Shown here piece by piece: positions 47,154-57,230 of a DNA stretch of 59,390 nucleotides (within the stretch, counting starts at the first letter, position 1; each line of letters begins with the position of its first letter). The stretch is from Promethearchaeota archaeon (GTDB lineage: Archaea > Asgardarchaeota > Lokiarchaeia > Sigyniarchaeales > SOKP01): contig RDOE01000012.1 of assembly GCA_011364975.1 (NCBI GenBank), forward strand, positions 1-59,390. Direction: 5' to 3'. A model generated the notes under the pieces. That model saw only the letters and a list, made by a program, of their open reading frames with translations. It was not told the DNA's origin and searched no databases. The position numbers were made by a program, and so were the translations under genes.

Positions 47154-48151
47154 ATTAGATTATTGATTATTATTTCTGAAATATCAGAAGAATATTCACC
47201 TGTTCTTCTAATACTCTCTGTTATAAAATCAATTTCAACTATATTTTCAGACTCAGGTGTTTTTTTAATTGAATTACAAAGAATCATCAATTGATTCACA
47301 GATTCAATATTTTCATTAGCTAATAAGGAATCTTTTTTTAACCAAGCATCCAAACTCATATTCAGCATATCTAACGAAAATCTACTTGCTTTAGTAATAC
47401 TTTCATATATATCTTTATCAATTTTCTCGTAATTTATATCACATACATTTTTAGCAATTTTAACGGCGTGATCTCCGATCCTTTCAAGAAATTTGCTAAT
47501 TAATTGAAAATTACTTGCATCCTCTAATGTTATATTTAATTTTTGGCACAATATAATGTCTCTTAATACAATATGAGATTGGCGTTCTACCAACCAATTA
47601 AGTTTATCAACCTGATCATCCCTTTCAATAACTTTTTGAGCTAAATCTACATTCCCTGTTTCTAAGGCTTTAACAGCTTCTTCATGCATATCTTGAACAA
47701 GAATGTACATCCGCTTAATGGTTTTTTCAAAAGGCATTTCCTTGGGATTTAGTAAATCCTTTATTAGGATATAATTATTAGTCTCTTCAATTATTTCTGA
47801 GCCAATAGTAATATTAATAAAACTTTCTATCGTTTCTCTAATAATTGGTTTAATTTTATTACCTGAAACAGTTATTTTAATCACCTTGTATCCCATAATG
47901 TATGCTCCGACTAATAATCTAAATAAATAATTAGGATCTTTTATCTCATCGACATCAAAATGCTTTTCTTTTTCGTATTGTTCAGAATCTATATATGGAG
48001 TTATGAGTAAGTTACCATCAGGTTGGGAAAGAATTCCTACAGTATCTTGTTTTTCAATTCCATGTTTTTCAACCCATTCTTTAGGAAGACTGATAATATA
48101 TGAAGATCCTCCTGTTTTTTGTACTTTTCTTGTTTCTATATTAAATGACAT
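47150..48151 (-). CDS. phoU: Archaeal phosphate uptake regulator (AbrB-type N-terminus plus PhoU domains)
   Basis: ETRKVQKTGGSSYIISLPKEW, RDDQVDKL, LERIGDHA and RRTGEYSSDISE motifs. Confidence 0.92.
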   Translation of the reverse strand: MSFNIETRKVQKTGGSSYIISLPKEWVEKHGIEKQDTVGILSQPDGNLLITPYIDSEQYEKEKHFDVDEIKDPNYLFRLLVGAYIMGYKVIKITVSGNKIKPIIRETIESFINITIGSEIIEETNNYILIKDLLNPKEMPFEKTIKRMYILVQDMHEEAVKALETGNVDLAQKVIERDDQVDKLNWLVERQSHIVLRDIILCQKLNITLEDASNFQLISKFLERIGDHAVKIAKNVCDINYEKIDKDIYESITKASRFSLDMLNMSLDAWLKKDSLLANENIESVNQLMILCNSIKKTPESENIVEIDFITESIRRTGEYSSDISEIIINNLI

Positions 48152-48341
48152 TTTTTGATTCCTCTAATCTTAAGGATATATGATTTACTTTTAATATATA
48201 ATATAAAGAGAACTATAAGATAAATATTATATATAGTGCGTCTATAAAATATATAGATATCTCTTATAACCAAATAATTGATATCTCAAAGCCTCTAAAA
48301 AATAATTTAAGAACCAATTAATTATATATTTTTTTATGTAA

Positions 48342-49658
48342 TTAATTGGATGGTTTAATACCCTTTATGGATTTCTTTTTAACTATGATTATAACAGAAA
48401 AGACAACAATCCCAATAATACCAATTTGGTATCCTGAGATTGGATTATTGGATGAATTAGTGTTCTTATTATTATAGTAAAAGAAAGAATGCATAATATC
48501 AAAGATTTTAGTATTATCTATTAAAGAATTATTTTCTAATTGGCTTGATATCGGATTAAATATAAATACTGGAACATCTGCAGCTGTATGAGATGTGGTT
48601 GACCATGAAACACTAATATTATTAGCTCGTTCGATTCTAAGCATTTTTTTCTGTTCATAAGAGTCAAAAACAGATGGTAAAGTATCATCTAAGGTATTAT
48701 CAAAAATTTTTAATCCACCAGTTTCGTGATCTGCGGTAACTATTAGTAATGTATTATCACTTTGAATACTATAATTAATTGCATAATCTATGGCTGAATT
48801 GAATTCGATTGTTTCTAATGCAACATCTACTTTATTATTAGCATGGGCTGCATGGTCTATCTTCCCTCCTTCTATCATTAAGAAAAAACCATTTGGGTTT
48901 TTAGATAATTGTTCTATCGCTTTTTTCGTCATATTATAAAGAGATGGAGTTAATAATGGATCTCTGCTTATTTCATAAGGCAGATGATCTCCTGCAAATA
49001 ACCCGATTATTTTGGTTGAATTGCTTTCCATTAAAGCTGTATTATTTTGAATATAAGCATATCCGTTCAATTCTAAATCGCCTATTTGCGTAGAATTAAA
49101 ATATGATTTTCCCCCTCCTAATATAATATCAACTGATGATTTTTCAACAATTTGCGTAACAATTTCAGAAGTTGAAGATCGTGAAGGAACATGTGTCATG
49201 AATGCTGCAGGTGTTGCGTGAGTTATTGATGTAGTAGTTACAATACCGGTGGCTTTACCTAAATTTTGGGCAATTTCCAGAATAGTTTCTAAAATTACAA
49301 AATTTGGCAAAACTGATAACATACCATTATTTGTTTTACTTCCCGTTGCCATAGCTGTTGCTGCAGCTGCAGAATCAGTCACCAAATTATCCTCACTAAA
49401 TGTTGTAACATTGCTTTTATACTGTAAAGCTTCCATGCAAAATGAATTAATCTTTCCATTTTCCACTAAACCTGCAAGTTTGATATGTTCGTAGCCCATC
49501 CCATCTCCAATCATCAGAATAATACTTAGATTTGGACTAGTACTGTGCAAGTAAAAACTGCTCCAGTTATCAAACTTTTTACATATATTAAAACTAATCA
49601 ATGAAAAAGATAAAATGCAGATTACAAAAATTCCATAAAATTGATTCTTTGTTCTCAT
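48342..49658 (-). CDS. phoA: Alkaline phosphatase, exported, with C-terminal membrane anchor
   Basis: IGDGMG, TDSAAAATA, HATPAAF, EGGKIDHAAH and TADHETGG; N-terminal signal-like stretch; ISGY-TM-KKK tail. Confidence 0.92.
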   Translation of the reverse strand: MRTKNQFYGIFVICILSFSLISFNICKKFDNWSSFYLHSTSPNLSIILMIGDGMGYEHIKLAGLVENGKINSFCMEALQYKSNVTTFSEDNLVTDSAAAATAMATGSKTNNGMLSVLPNFVILETILEIAQNLGKATGIVTTTSITHATPAAFMTHVPSRSSTSEIVTQIVEKSSVDIILGGGKSYFNSTQIGDLELNGYAYIQNNTALMESNSTKIIGLFAGDHLPYEISRDPLLTPSLYNMTKKAIEQLSKNPNGFFLMIEGGKIDHAAHANNKVDVALETIEFNSAIDYAINYSIQSDNTLLIVTADHETGGLKIFDNTLDDTLPSVFDSYEQKKMLRIERANNISVSWSTTSHTAADVPVFIFNPISSQLENNSLIDNTKIFDIMHSFFYYNNKNTNSSNNPISGYQIGIIGIVVFSVIIIVKKKSIKGIKPSN

Positions 49659-49807
49659 TTTAAATCAAAATGATGTTATCTTTGAATAGTAAAAACAAAT
49701 TTATATTTCTAAGTACATGAAATTAAGTGTTAGTAGAATAAAGTGTAAAATATTTATGGTTACAAACCTTTTATTTGTCGATTTAAATAAGATTATACTT
49801 CCTTCTC

Positions 49808-50824
49808 ATGAACATTTTAAAGTATATTACAAGGCGATTAATTGCTTCGGTACCAGTTTTGTTTGGGGTTCTGACCATTACATTTCTTCTTTCTAGATTA
49901 ATGCCGGGGGATCCTGTATTGGCAGTTCTACCAGATCGATTCGACCCTGAAGATTATATTCGCGCATATAGAGAACTTGGTTTACATTTACCAATAGTTA
50001 ACCAATATTTTATTTACATTGGTCGATTATTTATGGGAGATTGGGGAGTTTCACATGTCCTAACTCAAGGTCAACCTGTATGGGATGTAATAATGGAGAG
50101 GTTTCCAAGAACTTTTGATATAGCTGTTGCGGCTATCGTTATAGCGGCTTTTGTAGGCTTAAAAACAGGTGTAATTTCAGCCACTAATCGTAATAAATGG
50201 AAAGATACTGTTGTTCGGGGATTAACACTTATTGGAGTTTCTATACCTGTATTTTGGCTTGGATTAATATTACAATTCTTTTTATCATATAGGCTTCGAC
50301 TTTTCCCTACTGCGAACTACAAAACTCCTGGAATTGGTAATCCTCCAATAATTACATATAATCGAATCATTGATTCATTATTATCGGGTCAAACTTATCT
50401 AATAACTGATTACTTACACCACTTAATATTGCCTGTTTTTTGCTTATCATTCATTACATTAGCTTCGATTACAAGACAAACCCGTTCTAGCATGCTAGAA
50501 GTATTAGAGCAGGATTATATTCGGACTGCTCGAGCAAAAGGATGCAAAGAGCGAGACGTCATAAACATTCATGCTCGTAAAAATGCTATGATTCCTTCAA
50601 TAACAGTGATTGGTTTAAATTTTGGAGGGCTTTTATCAGGAGCAGTACTCACAGAAACAACATTTAATTTACATGGGTTGGGAGAGGCTCTAATTAGCGC
50701 GATTCAATTCACAGATTATTGGTTATTAAATGCAGTAGTGTTTATATCAACCTTAACATTCATATTGATTAATCTTTCAGTAGATTTAATTTACGGAATG
50801 CTCGATCCAAGGATAAGATACTAA
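49808..50824 (+). CDS. Dipeptide/oligopeptide ABC permease (DppB/OppB family)
   Basis: MPGDP, SIPVFWLG, RSSMLEVLEQDYIRTARAKG and DPRIRY motifs. Confidence 0.92.
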   Translation: MNILKYITRRLIASVPVLFGVLTITFLLSRLMPGDPVLAVLPDRFDPEDYIRAYRELGLHLPIVNQYFIYIGRLFMGDWGVSHVLTQGQPVWDVIMERFPRTFDIAVAAIVIAAFVGLKTGVISATNRNKWKDTVVRGLTLIGVSIPVFWLGLILQFFLSYRLRLFPTANYKTPGIGNPPIITYNRIIDSLLSGQTYLITDYLHHLILPVFCLSFITLASITRQTRSSMLEVLEQDYIRTARAKGCKERDVINIHARKNAMIPSITVIGLNFGGLLSGAVLTETTFNLHGLGEALISAIQFTDYWLLNAVVFISTLTFILINLSVDLIYGMLDPRIRY

Positions 50825-50964
50825 CTATCTTTAATTTCTTTTTGATTATATTGATCAAGAAAATAGAAATTTCATCTTATTGTTTAAACTAATTAAAGAT
50901 ATGTTTATATAATAAAAATGTAACTTTCTTCTTATACTTCTTAACTCTTTTAAATCCACTTATA

Positions 50965-51159
50965 ATGAAAAATCGTACTATTAAATGCCCTAGATGCAAT
51001 CGTACAGATGTTATTGATTATGGCGAAATTATAGAGTGTACTAATTGCAACTTAGAGTTTCATAAAAAAGATGTGCTAAATCTTAATCAGGATGAGATTT
51101 TAGCGATCTCTGAAAAAATGGCATTTATGAAAAGTATAAAAAATAATCAAACAAAATAA
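50965..51159 (+). CDS. Small zinc-ribbon protein
   Basis: CPRC...CTNC, 64 aa. Confidence 0.65.
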   Translation: MKNRTIKCPRCNRTDVIDYGEIIECTNCNLEFHKKDVLNLNQDEILAISEKMAFMKSIKNNQTK

Positions 51160-51178
51160 GATATTTAAGATTGTCTAA

Positions 51179-52840
51179 TTAAAATTCCTTTTCAATGTCT
51201 ATCCGTTTTAAAACTGGATACCTTCTTCCTATTCCAAATGCACTTTCACTTACTTTAATTGTCTGTACTAACTGATGTCGTTTATATTCTGAATTTAAAT
51301 ATAGACTCCGTACTTTTTTTATTACCTCAGAACTTATTCCCCTCTTTTTAAGATGCTCAAGCTCAGAACCGATACCATGAGTTATTATTTCTTCTAAAAT
51401 TTGATCAAGAATTTCATATTCAGGGATCGAATCGCTATCTTTTTGATTTTCGCGTAATTCTGCTGAAGGTAGACGGTTAATAATAGATTGAGGGATAATT
51501 TTCCTTTTTTTATTAATAAAATTACACAATTCATATATTTGGACTTTATAGAGATCTCCTGGAATATTTTTGCCTCCATTCGTATCTCCATATAATGTAC
51601 AATAACCTACCCCAAGTTCAGACTTATTACCTGTTGAAACTAATAACCAATTAAATTTATTGGAATAATACATTAATATTGTTGCTCTAATTCTAGCTTG
51701 TAGATTTTCATCTGCTATATCAAAGGTATATTTCCCTAAATTTTCTCTTAAAGAAGATTCATAAGCAGAAAATAGATTATCAATTGGATGAATAATAAAT
51801 TTAATACCAATATTTTCACACAATTTTCTGGCATCGTCAATACTTTGTTTAGAAGTAAATCTCGTTGGCATCATAATTGCTGTTACATTTTCAGAACCTA
51901 AAGAGGATGCACAAATATATGCTGTAAATGCTGAATCGATGCCCCCACTTAAACCTAATACAACTCCTTTAAAAACGCCAGTTTTATGAAAATAATCATA
52001 TAAATTCAATTTTAAAGCATTCAAGACATCTTCTCGCCAATCAAAATCTGTACTAATATTGATTTTATCACTAGAATTATCTAATGAGAAAGGTACTTCT
52101 GAAATATCTTCCTGAAAAGCTTTCGCTATAAAAGTAATCTCTCCATGTTTATTAGTAAGAAAACTTCGTCCATCATATACTATCTCATCAAGTCCACCCA
52201 CCATATTTAAATAAATTATTGGTGTTGAGAAATTCCTTGATTTTTCAATTATTATTTTTTTTCTTAAATTAAATTTAGTAATGTAATAGGGCGAAGCATT
52301 AATCACAATTAACATTTCTGCTCCATTTTCGACTAAATTTTTAGCTACCTTAATTTCATAATCATTATCCCATAAATCTTCACAGATTAAGATTCCTAAT
52401 TTATAACCTTTAACTTCAATAGGGTTAAAATCGTTATCATACGAGAAATACCTCCTCTCATCAAATACATCATAATTTGGCAATAAACGTTTATTTATTA
52501 TCGCTTTAATTTTATTATTTTCAATTATTAAAGCAGAATTAAAGAAAGGATGAACTTTTTCAGATATTGTTTCTGGTTCTGTAAAAGTACCAAGAATAAT
52601 TGTTGATTTGGTCTTCAACTTGCTAATTCTATCTATAGATTCCTTGTTTTTACGCCTGATTAAAGGATCGTGGATATGGTCCATCAATGGATATCCAACA
52701 AGAGACATTTCTGGAAAGATAATTATATCAGAATTCTGATGGTCGTTTATTATACTGCAAATCTTATTTGTGTTATACTCTAAATCCCCCACTATTGGAT
52801 TTATTTGAGCAAGTACTATATTTAAATCCTTCTTAGTCAT
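51179..52840 (-). CDS. nadE: Glutamine-dependent NAD+ synthetase
   Basis: Nitrilase-type domain (FPE, KRLLPNYDVFDE, ICEDLW) plus GLSGGIDS, ENLQARIR, TGNKSE and PSAELR. Confidence 0.95.
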   Translation of the reverse strand: MTKKDLNIVLAQINPIVGDLEYNTNKICSIINDHQNSDIIIFPEMSLVGYPLMDHIHDPLIRRKNKESIDRISKLKTKSTIILGTFTEPETISEKVHPFFNSALIIENNKIKAIINKRLLPNYDVFDERRYFSYDNDFNPIEVKGYKLGILICEDLWDNDYEIKVAKNLVENGAEMLIVINASPYYITKFNLRKKIIIEKSRNFSTPIIYLNMVGGLDEIVYDGRSFLTNKHGEITFIAKAFQEDISEVPFSLDNSSDKINISTDFDWREDVLNALKLNLYDYFHKTGVFKGVVLGLSGGIDSAFTAYICASSLGSENVTAIMMPTRFTSKQSIDDARKLCENIGIKFIIHPIDNLFSAYESSLRENLGKYTFDIADENLQARIRATILMYYSNKFNWLLVSTGNKSELGVGYCTLYGDTNGGKNIPGDLYKVQIYELCNFINKKRKIIPQSIINRLPSAELRENQKDSDSIPEYEILDQILEEIITHGIGSELEHLKKRGISSEVIKKVRSLYLNSEYKRHQLVQTIKVSESAFGIGRRYPVLKRIDIEKEF

Positions 52841-53037
52841 TGTAATTTCAACTTTTATCTAATTCGGGTTATTATAAGTTATCTACTAATTCCTATATTT
52901 TTTATGGATGGAAAGTAAATTTTTAGTAATTTATAATATAAAGCTATAAAGTCTATTAACTACCTTTTTTTTATCTAATTATTAACCAAACATATACAAA
53001 TAAGATTATCAAGAATACAATGAATGAGGTTCTTTAA

Positions 53038-54870
53038 TTGTCTAAACACACTAATTCTAAACAGACAAACCAGATTATGGAATTTTCTCCTGGTAGAGAC
53101 TTTTTTGAACTATCTCGAAAAAAGGGAGTACGTCACTGGATATTTTCGCACATTTTTCACGGAACTAATAAAATATTTATTTTTGTAGTTTTTTTTACTA
53201 CGGTTCTTGCTTCAATTTTATCTTCAAGTATTTCAGTTTCTATTGGAAATGCAGTACAACAATTTTTAAATGCAGACATCGGAAGTCTAATTTATTTTAC
53301 GATTACAATTTTAATTCTCGGGTTAATGACTCCCATATTAAGACTTTTAAATTATGGCTTAAGAGAAGTTTTAGCACAAAGACTTGAACGTGATACAAGG
53401 AAAGAATTCTATGGAATCTTATTAGGGAAGAGCCAATCTTTCCATGATAAACAACAAATTGGAGATCTCATGGCGAGAGCAACTGATGATGTAAGAATGC
53501 TAAATTTCCTTATAAGCCCTGCTGTATCCCTAATTTTTGAGTCCTTTACATCGCTGATAATACCGATTATATTCATTTTACTCTTTTATCCTATCCAATT
53601 GGTTTTTGAACCGATCATTTTTACGATTCTATTTTTGTTCTCAATAAGAAGATACAACAGAAAGTTATCTCCAGTTACTGGAGATTTAAGAATGAATTTT
53701 GGTATGATTAATGCTACTTTAAATGAAGCACTTTCCGGTATTGAAGTAGTGAAAGGTTCTACTCAAGAAAGTTATGAATTAGATAAATACTTAACTTTTG
53801 CAAAAAAATATAGAGATGCTTATGTAAACCAAGGCAAAATTCAAGCTAAATATATGCCAATTTTATTTTTAGGTTTAACTATAACGATTGGCTTAGCTCA
53901 TTCTCTTATACTATTTGACTTAGGTCTTATAAATATTGGTCAAATTATTTCTTATATTGGGTTATTGGATTTACTGTATTTCTCAACTTTTATTTCAATA
54001 TTTGTTTTTGCCATAATAAAGCTTGCGGGAAGCAGTGCTAAGCGATTACTTGAATTGATGAACCAAGAATCGGAGATCGATGAAAATCCTAATGGAACCC
54101 AAAAAGAAATATTAGGTTCTATAAAATTTGAAAATGTTTCTTTTAATTATCCTGGTACCAAAAATTTAGTTTTAAAAGATATAACATTTGAAGTGAAACC
54201 TGGACAAACAGTTGCGGTTGTAGGAACCACAGGTTCCGGTAAGACGACATTAACTAAACTTATTTCTAGATTATATGATGTATCAGAGGGGAAGATACTT
54301 GTTGATGGTCAAGATATAAGGGATTATGCGTTAAAGTCACTTAGAGCTCAAATATCATATATAGAACAAGACGTATTCCTCTTTTCCTTTTCAGTGTTTG
54401 AAAATATTAATTTTGGACGATTAGGAACAAAAGAAAATGTTATAGACGCCGCAAAGCAAGCTCAAGCTCATGAATTCATAAGTGAACTACCAGAAGGTTA
54501 TGAATCTAAAATTGGGGAAAGAGGTGTTCTATTAAGTGGAGGTGAACGACAACGAATAGCAATTGCGCGAGCCTTTCTCGCTGATCCAAGAATTCTTATT
54601 TTAGATGACTCCACATCTGCAATTGATTCAAATACCGAAGATAAAATACAGTACGCTATCAAAAATGTTTTACGAAATAGAACAACTATTTTAATTACAC
54701 ATCGATTAAGTCAGATTAGATGGGCTGACTTGATTATTGTTTTAAAAGATGGTAAAATAGAAGCTAAAGGAGATCATCAAGAACTTCTACGGACTTCAGA
54801 AGAATACCGGAAAATTTTTATTAAGAAATTTGATCTTGATGAACAAGAATTATTGAGAGGTGTAGTGTAG
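53038..54870 (+). CDS. ABC exporter half (TMD+NBD), degenerate Walker B
   Basis: GTTGSGKT, LSGGERQR, ILILDDSTS and THR motifs. Confidence 0.93.
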   Translation: MSKHTNSKQTNQIMEFSPGRDFFELSRKKGVRHWIFSHIFHGTNKIFIFVVFFTTVLASILSSSISVSIGNAVQQFLNADIGSLIYFTITILILGLMTPILRLLNYGLREVLAQRLERDTRKEFYGILLGKSQSFHDKQQIGDLMARATDDVRMLNFLISPAVSLIFESFTSLIIPIIFILLFYPIQLVFEPIIFTILFLFSIRRYNRKLSPVTGDLRMNFGMINATLNEALSGIEVVKGSTQESYELDKYLTFAKKYRDAYVNQGKIQAKYMPILFLGLTITIGLAHSLILFDLGLINIGQIISYIGLLDLLYFSTFISIFVFAIIKLAGSSAKRLLELMNQESEIDENPNGTQKEILGSIKFENVSFNYPGTKNLVLKDITFEVKPGQTVAVVGTTGSGKTTLTKLISRLYDVSEGKILVDGQDIRDYALKSLRAQISYIEQDVFLFSFSVFENINFGRLGTKENVIDAAKQAQAHEFISELPEGYESKIGERGVLLSGGERQRIAIARAFLADPRILILDDSTSAIDSNTEDKIQYAIKNVLRNRTTILITHRLSQIRWADLIIVLKDGKIEAKGDHQELLRTSEEYRKIFIKKFDLDEQELLRGVV

Positions 54871-54871
54871 A

Positions 54872-56677
54872 ATGTGGGTTGGACTTGAAGCTGAAGAATA
54901 TGATCGTGAGATAAGAGATAGAACATTGCTAAAAAGAATTTTTGATTATTTTAGACCTTATAAGAATTATATGTTCATTGTAGTCGGTCTTCTCATTTTA
55001 TCATCGCTTTCTAATTCCTTTGTTCCTTTAATTACATCTATTGCGATTAATAACTTGGCGGTTAGCCCCAATTTATTTAGCTTTATAATTTTAATTGGTT
55101 TGATTTTTATCCTGAACATTATAACTTATGTTTTTAATTATTTCAGGTATATTTACGCAGCTAGAGCTATAGGCAATGTGGAATTAGATCTAAGAAAAAA
55201 TGCAACCGAATCTGTGCTAGAACATGATCTCTCTTTTTTTGATAAAAATCCCGTGGGAAAAATTGTAAGTAGAATTAATACGGATAGCCGTGATTTTGCT
55301 CAAACCGTTGATCTGACTATAGAGGTGGCCTCAAACTTTATTGTGATGATCATTTTGATCATTTTATTGTTTTTTTTCAATGTTATTCTTACTTCCGCAA
55401 TTCTAATAATGATTCCTCTTTTCTTCATTATTGCATTCTTTTATCGAAAATTTGCAAGAAAAATGACGCTTTTTGGCCAAAGAGCCTTAGCTTCGGTAAA
55501 TGCTTATGTGAAAGAGAGCTTTTCAGGCATACAAATTGCGAAAACGTTTAGACAAGAACCTAAATTATATAAACAATTTAATGATGTCAATATTCAATCA
55601 TATAAAGTGAATTTAAAAAGAGCACTTATTCTAAACGCGATTTTTCCAACTTTATCAATTATACAAGGGACAGTTTTAACAGTATTAGTTTATTACGGAG
55701 GAAATTTTCTAATTTTTGGAGTATTCAATGCAGGAGAATTTAATTTCTTCTTCCAGAGTTTATCTTTTCTATTTTTTCCTTTACTTACCATTGCTTCGTT
55801 TTGGCCACAATTTCAATCGGGTTTATCTGCTTCAGAAAGAATTTTTGCTATAATAGACACTCCACCCGTAGTTGTCCAAAATGATAATATTGAGCCTTTT
55901 AAATTACGAGGAGAGATTGAATTTAAAAATTTAATTTTTCAGTATGACGAGAATAAAAGAGTTTTCGACAATTTTTCCCTAAAAATAAATCCGGGAGAAT
56001 CCATTGCACTTGTGGGACATACAGGTGCGGGTAAATCCAGTATTGCGAAATTAATAGCAAGATTTTATGAATATCAAGGTGGAGACATTCTAATTGATGG
56101 AATTAGCATTCGTAATTATAATTTAAAAAATTATCGTGAACAAATAGGACTAATACCTCAAACTCCGTTCTTATGGTCCGATACTGTCGAAAAAAACATT
56201 AGTTACGGTTGTAGTGAAGTTAGCTGTGATGATGTTACAGTTGCCTTAGATAGAACTGGGGGCTCTGACTGGGTAAATAGTTTACCAGAAGGACTGCAAA
56301 CCAACGTAGGTGAACGAGGTGCATTACTTTCCATGGGTCAGAGACAATTGGTTGTGTTTGCTCGTGTGTTATTACAAAATCCATCTATTCTGATATTAGA
56401 TGAAGCCACGGCTTCGGTCGATCCCTTTACTGAAACAAAAATACAAGATGCAATGGAAAAAACAATGCAAGGACGAACCTCTATAATCATTGCCCATCGA
56501 TTATGGACTGTACGACATGTGGATCGAATAGTAGTGTTAGATCATGGAAAAATAGTAGAGCAAGGAAATCATGATCAGTTAATGAAGCAAGGAGGGACAT
56601 ACGCTAAACTCTATGATACGTACTTTAGGCACCAATCTCTTAAATACATCGAGGAAATGGGCAAAATCGTAAATTAA
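54872..56677 (+). CDS. ABC exporter half (TMD+NBD), degenerate signature
   Basis: GHTGAGKS, LSMGQRQ, ILILDEAT and AHR motifs. Confidence 0.93.
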   Translation: MWVGLEAEEYDREIRDRTLLKRIFDYFRPYKNYMFIVVGLLILSSLSNSFVPLITSIAINNLAVSPNLFSFIILIGLIFILNIITYVFNYFRYIYAARAIGNVELDLRKNATESVLEHDLSFFDKNPVGKIVSRINTDSRDFAQTVDLTIEVASNFIVMIILIILLFFFNVILTSAILIMIPLFFIIAFFYRKFARKMTLFGQRALASVNAYVKESFSGIQIAKTFRQEPKLYKQFNDVNIQSYKVNLKRALILNAIFPTLSIIQGTVLTVLVYYGGNFLIFGVFNAGEFNFFFQSLSFLFFPLLTIASFWPQFQSGLSASERIFAIIDTPPVVVQNDNIEPFKLRGEIEFKNLIFQYDENKRVFDNFSLKINPGESIALVGHTGAGKSSIAKLIARFYEYQGGDILIDGISIRNYNLKNYREQIGLIPQTPFLWSDTVEKNISYGCSEVSCDDVTVALDRTGGSDWVNSLPEGLQTNVGERGALLSMGQRQLVVFARVLLQNPSILILDEATASVDPFTETKIQDAMEKTMQGRTSIIIAHRLWTVRHVDRIVVLDHGKIVEQGNHDQLMKQGGTYAKLYDTYFRHQSLKYIEEMGKIVN

Positions 56678-56779
56678 TCGCTCATTAAATAAACTTAAAG
56701 TTTGCACTATTAACACTGCAATTAACGTCTAATAACTATATTATAATAATAGGTTAAAAAAAATAAATCAGTATTAATT

Positions 56780-57106
56780 TTATTCTTGAGAAGGAGCTTC
56801 CATCCCTAAGACTTTATATGCTTCAGTAACATCGAAATATAATTCAATTTCATATCTATATCCTTCCAAATCGGTATATTCTTGGTATAGCTTTACAAGG
56901 CGGGACATAAAGTCTTCTACTTTCCCTTTTTTTGCTTCACCTACAGCGAAAACTTTCATTCCTTCTAATGTTGCCCTTACTCCTATTATAAGGACTTTTC
57001 CAATAGATGGATCCGTAGGATACTTTCGTATCAATTCCATATTTTTCTTTGCAACCTCACTAGATTTCGCATGAGGGAAAATTATTGTTGCTACAACTAA
57101 CACCAT
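56780..57106 (-). CDS. Hypothetical small alpha/beta protein
   Basis: Clean ORF with GGAAGTGA RBS before ATG 57106; no family recognised. Confidence 0.65.
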   Translation of the reverse strand: MVLVVATIIFPHAKSSEVAKKNMELIRKYPTDPSIGKVLIIGVRATLEGMKVFAVGEAKKGKVEDFMSRLVKLYQEYTDLEGYRYEIELYFDVTEAYKVLGMEAPSQE

Positions 57107-57230
57107 TATCTTCACTTCCTATTTTTCAATTATTTTGGATTTGTGGTAAGAAATATTATAATACCCAAATATTTATATTTAACATTTCTGTAAATAATAA
57201 AAATGTATAAAAAAAGTGCATAAAAAAGAG

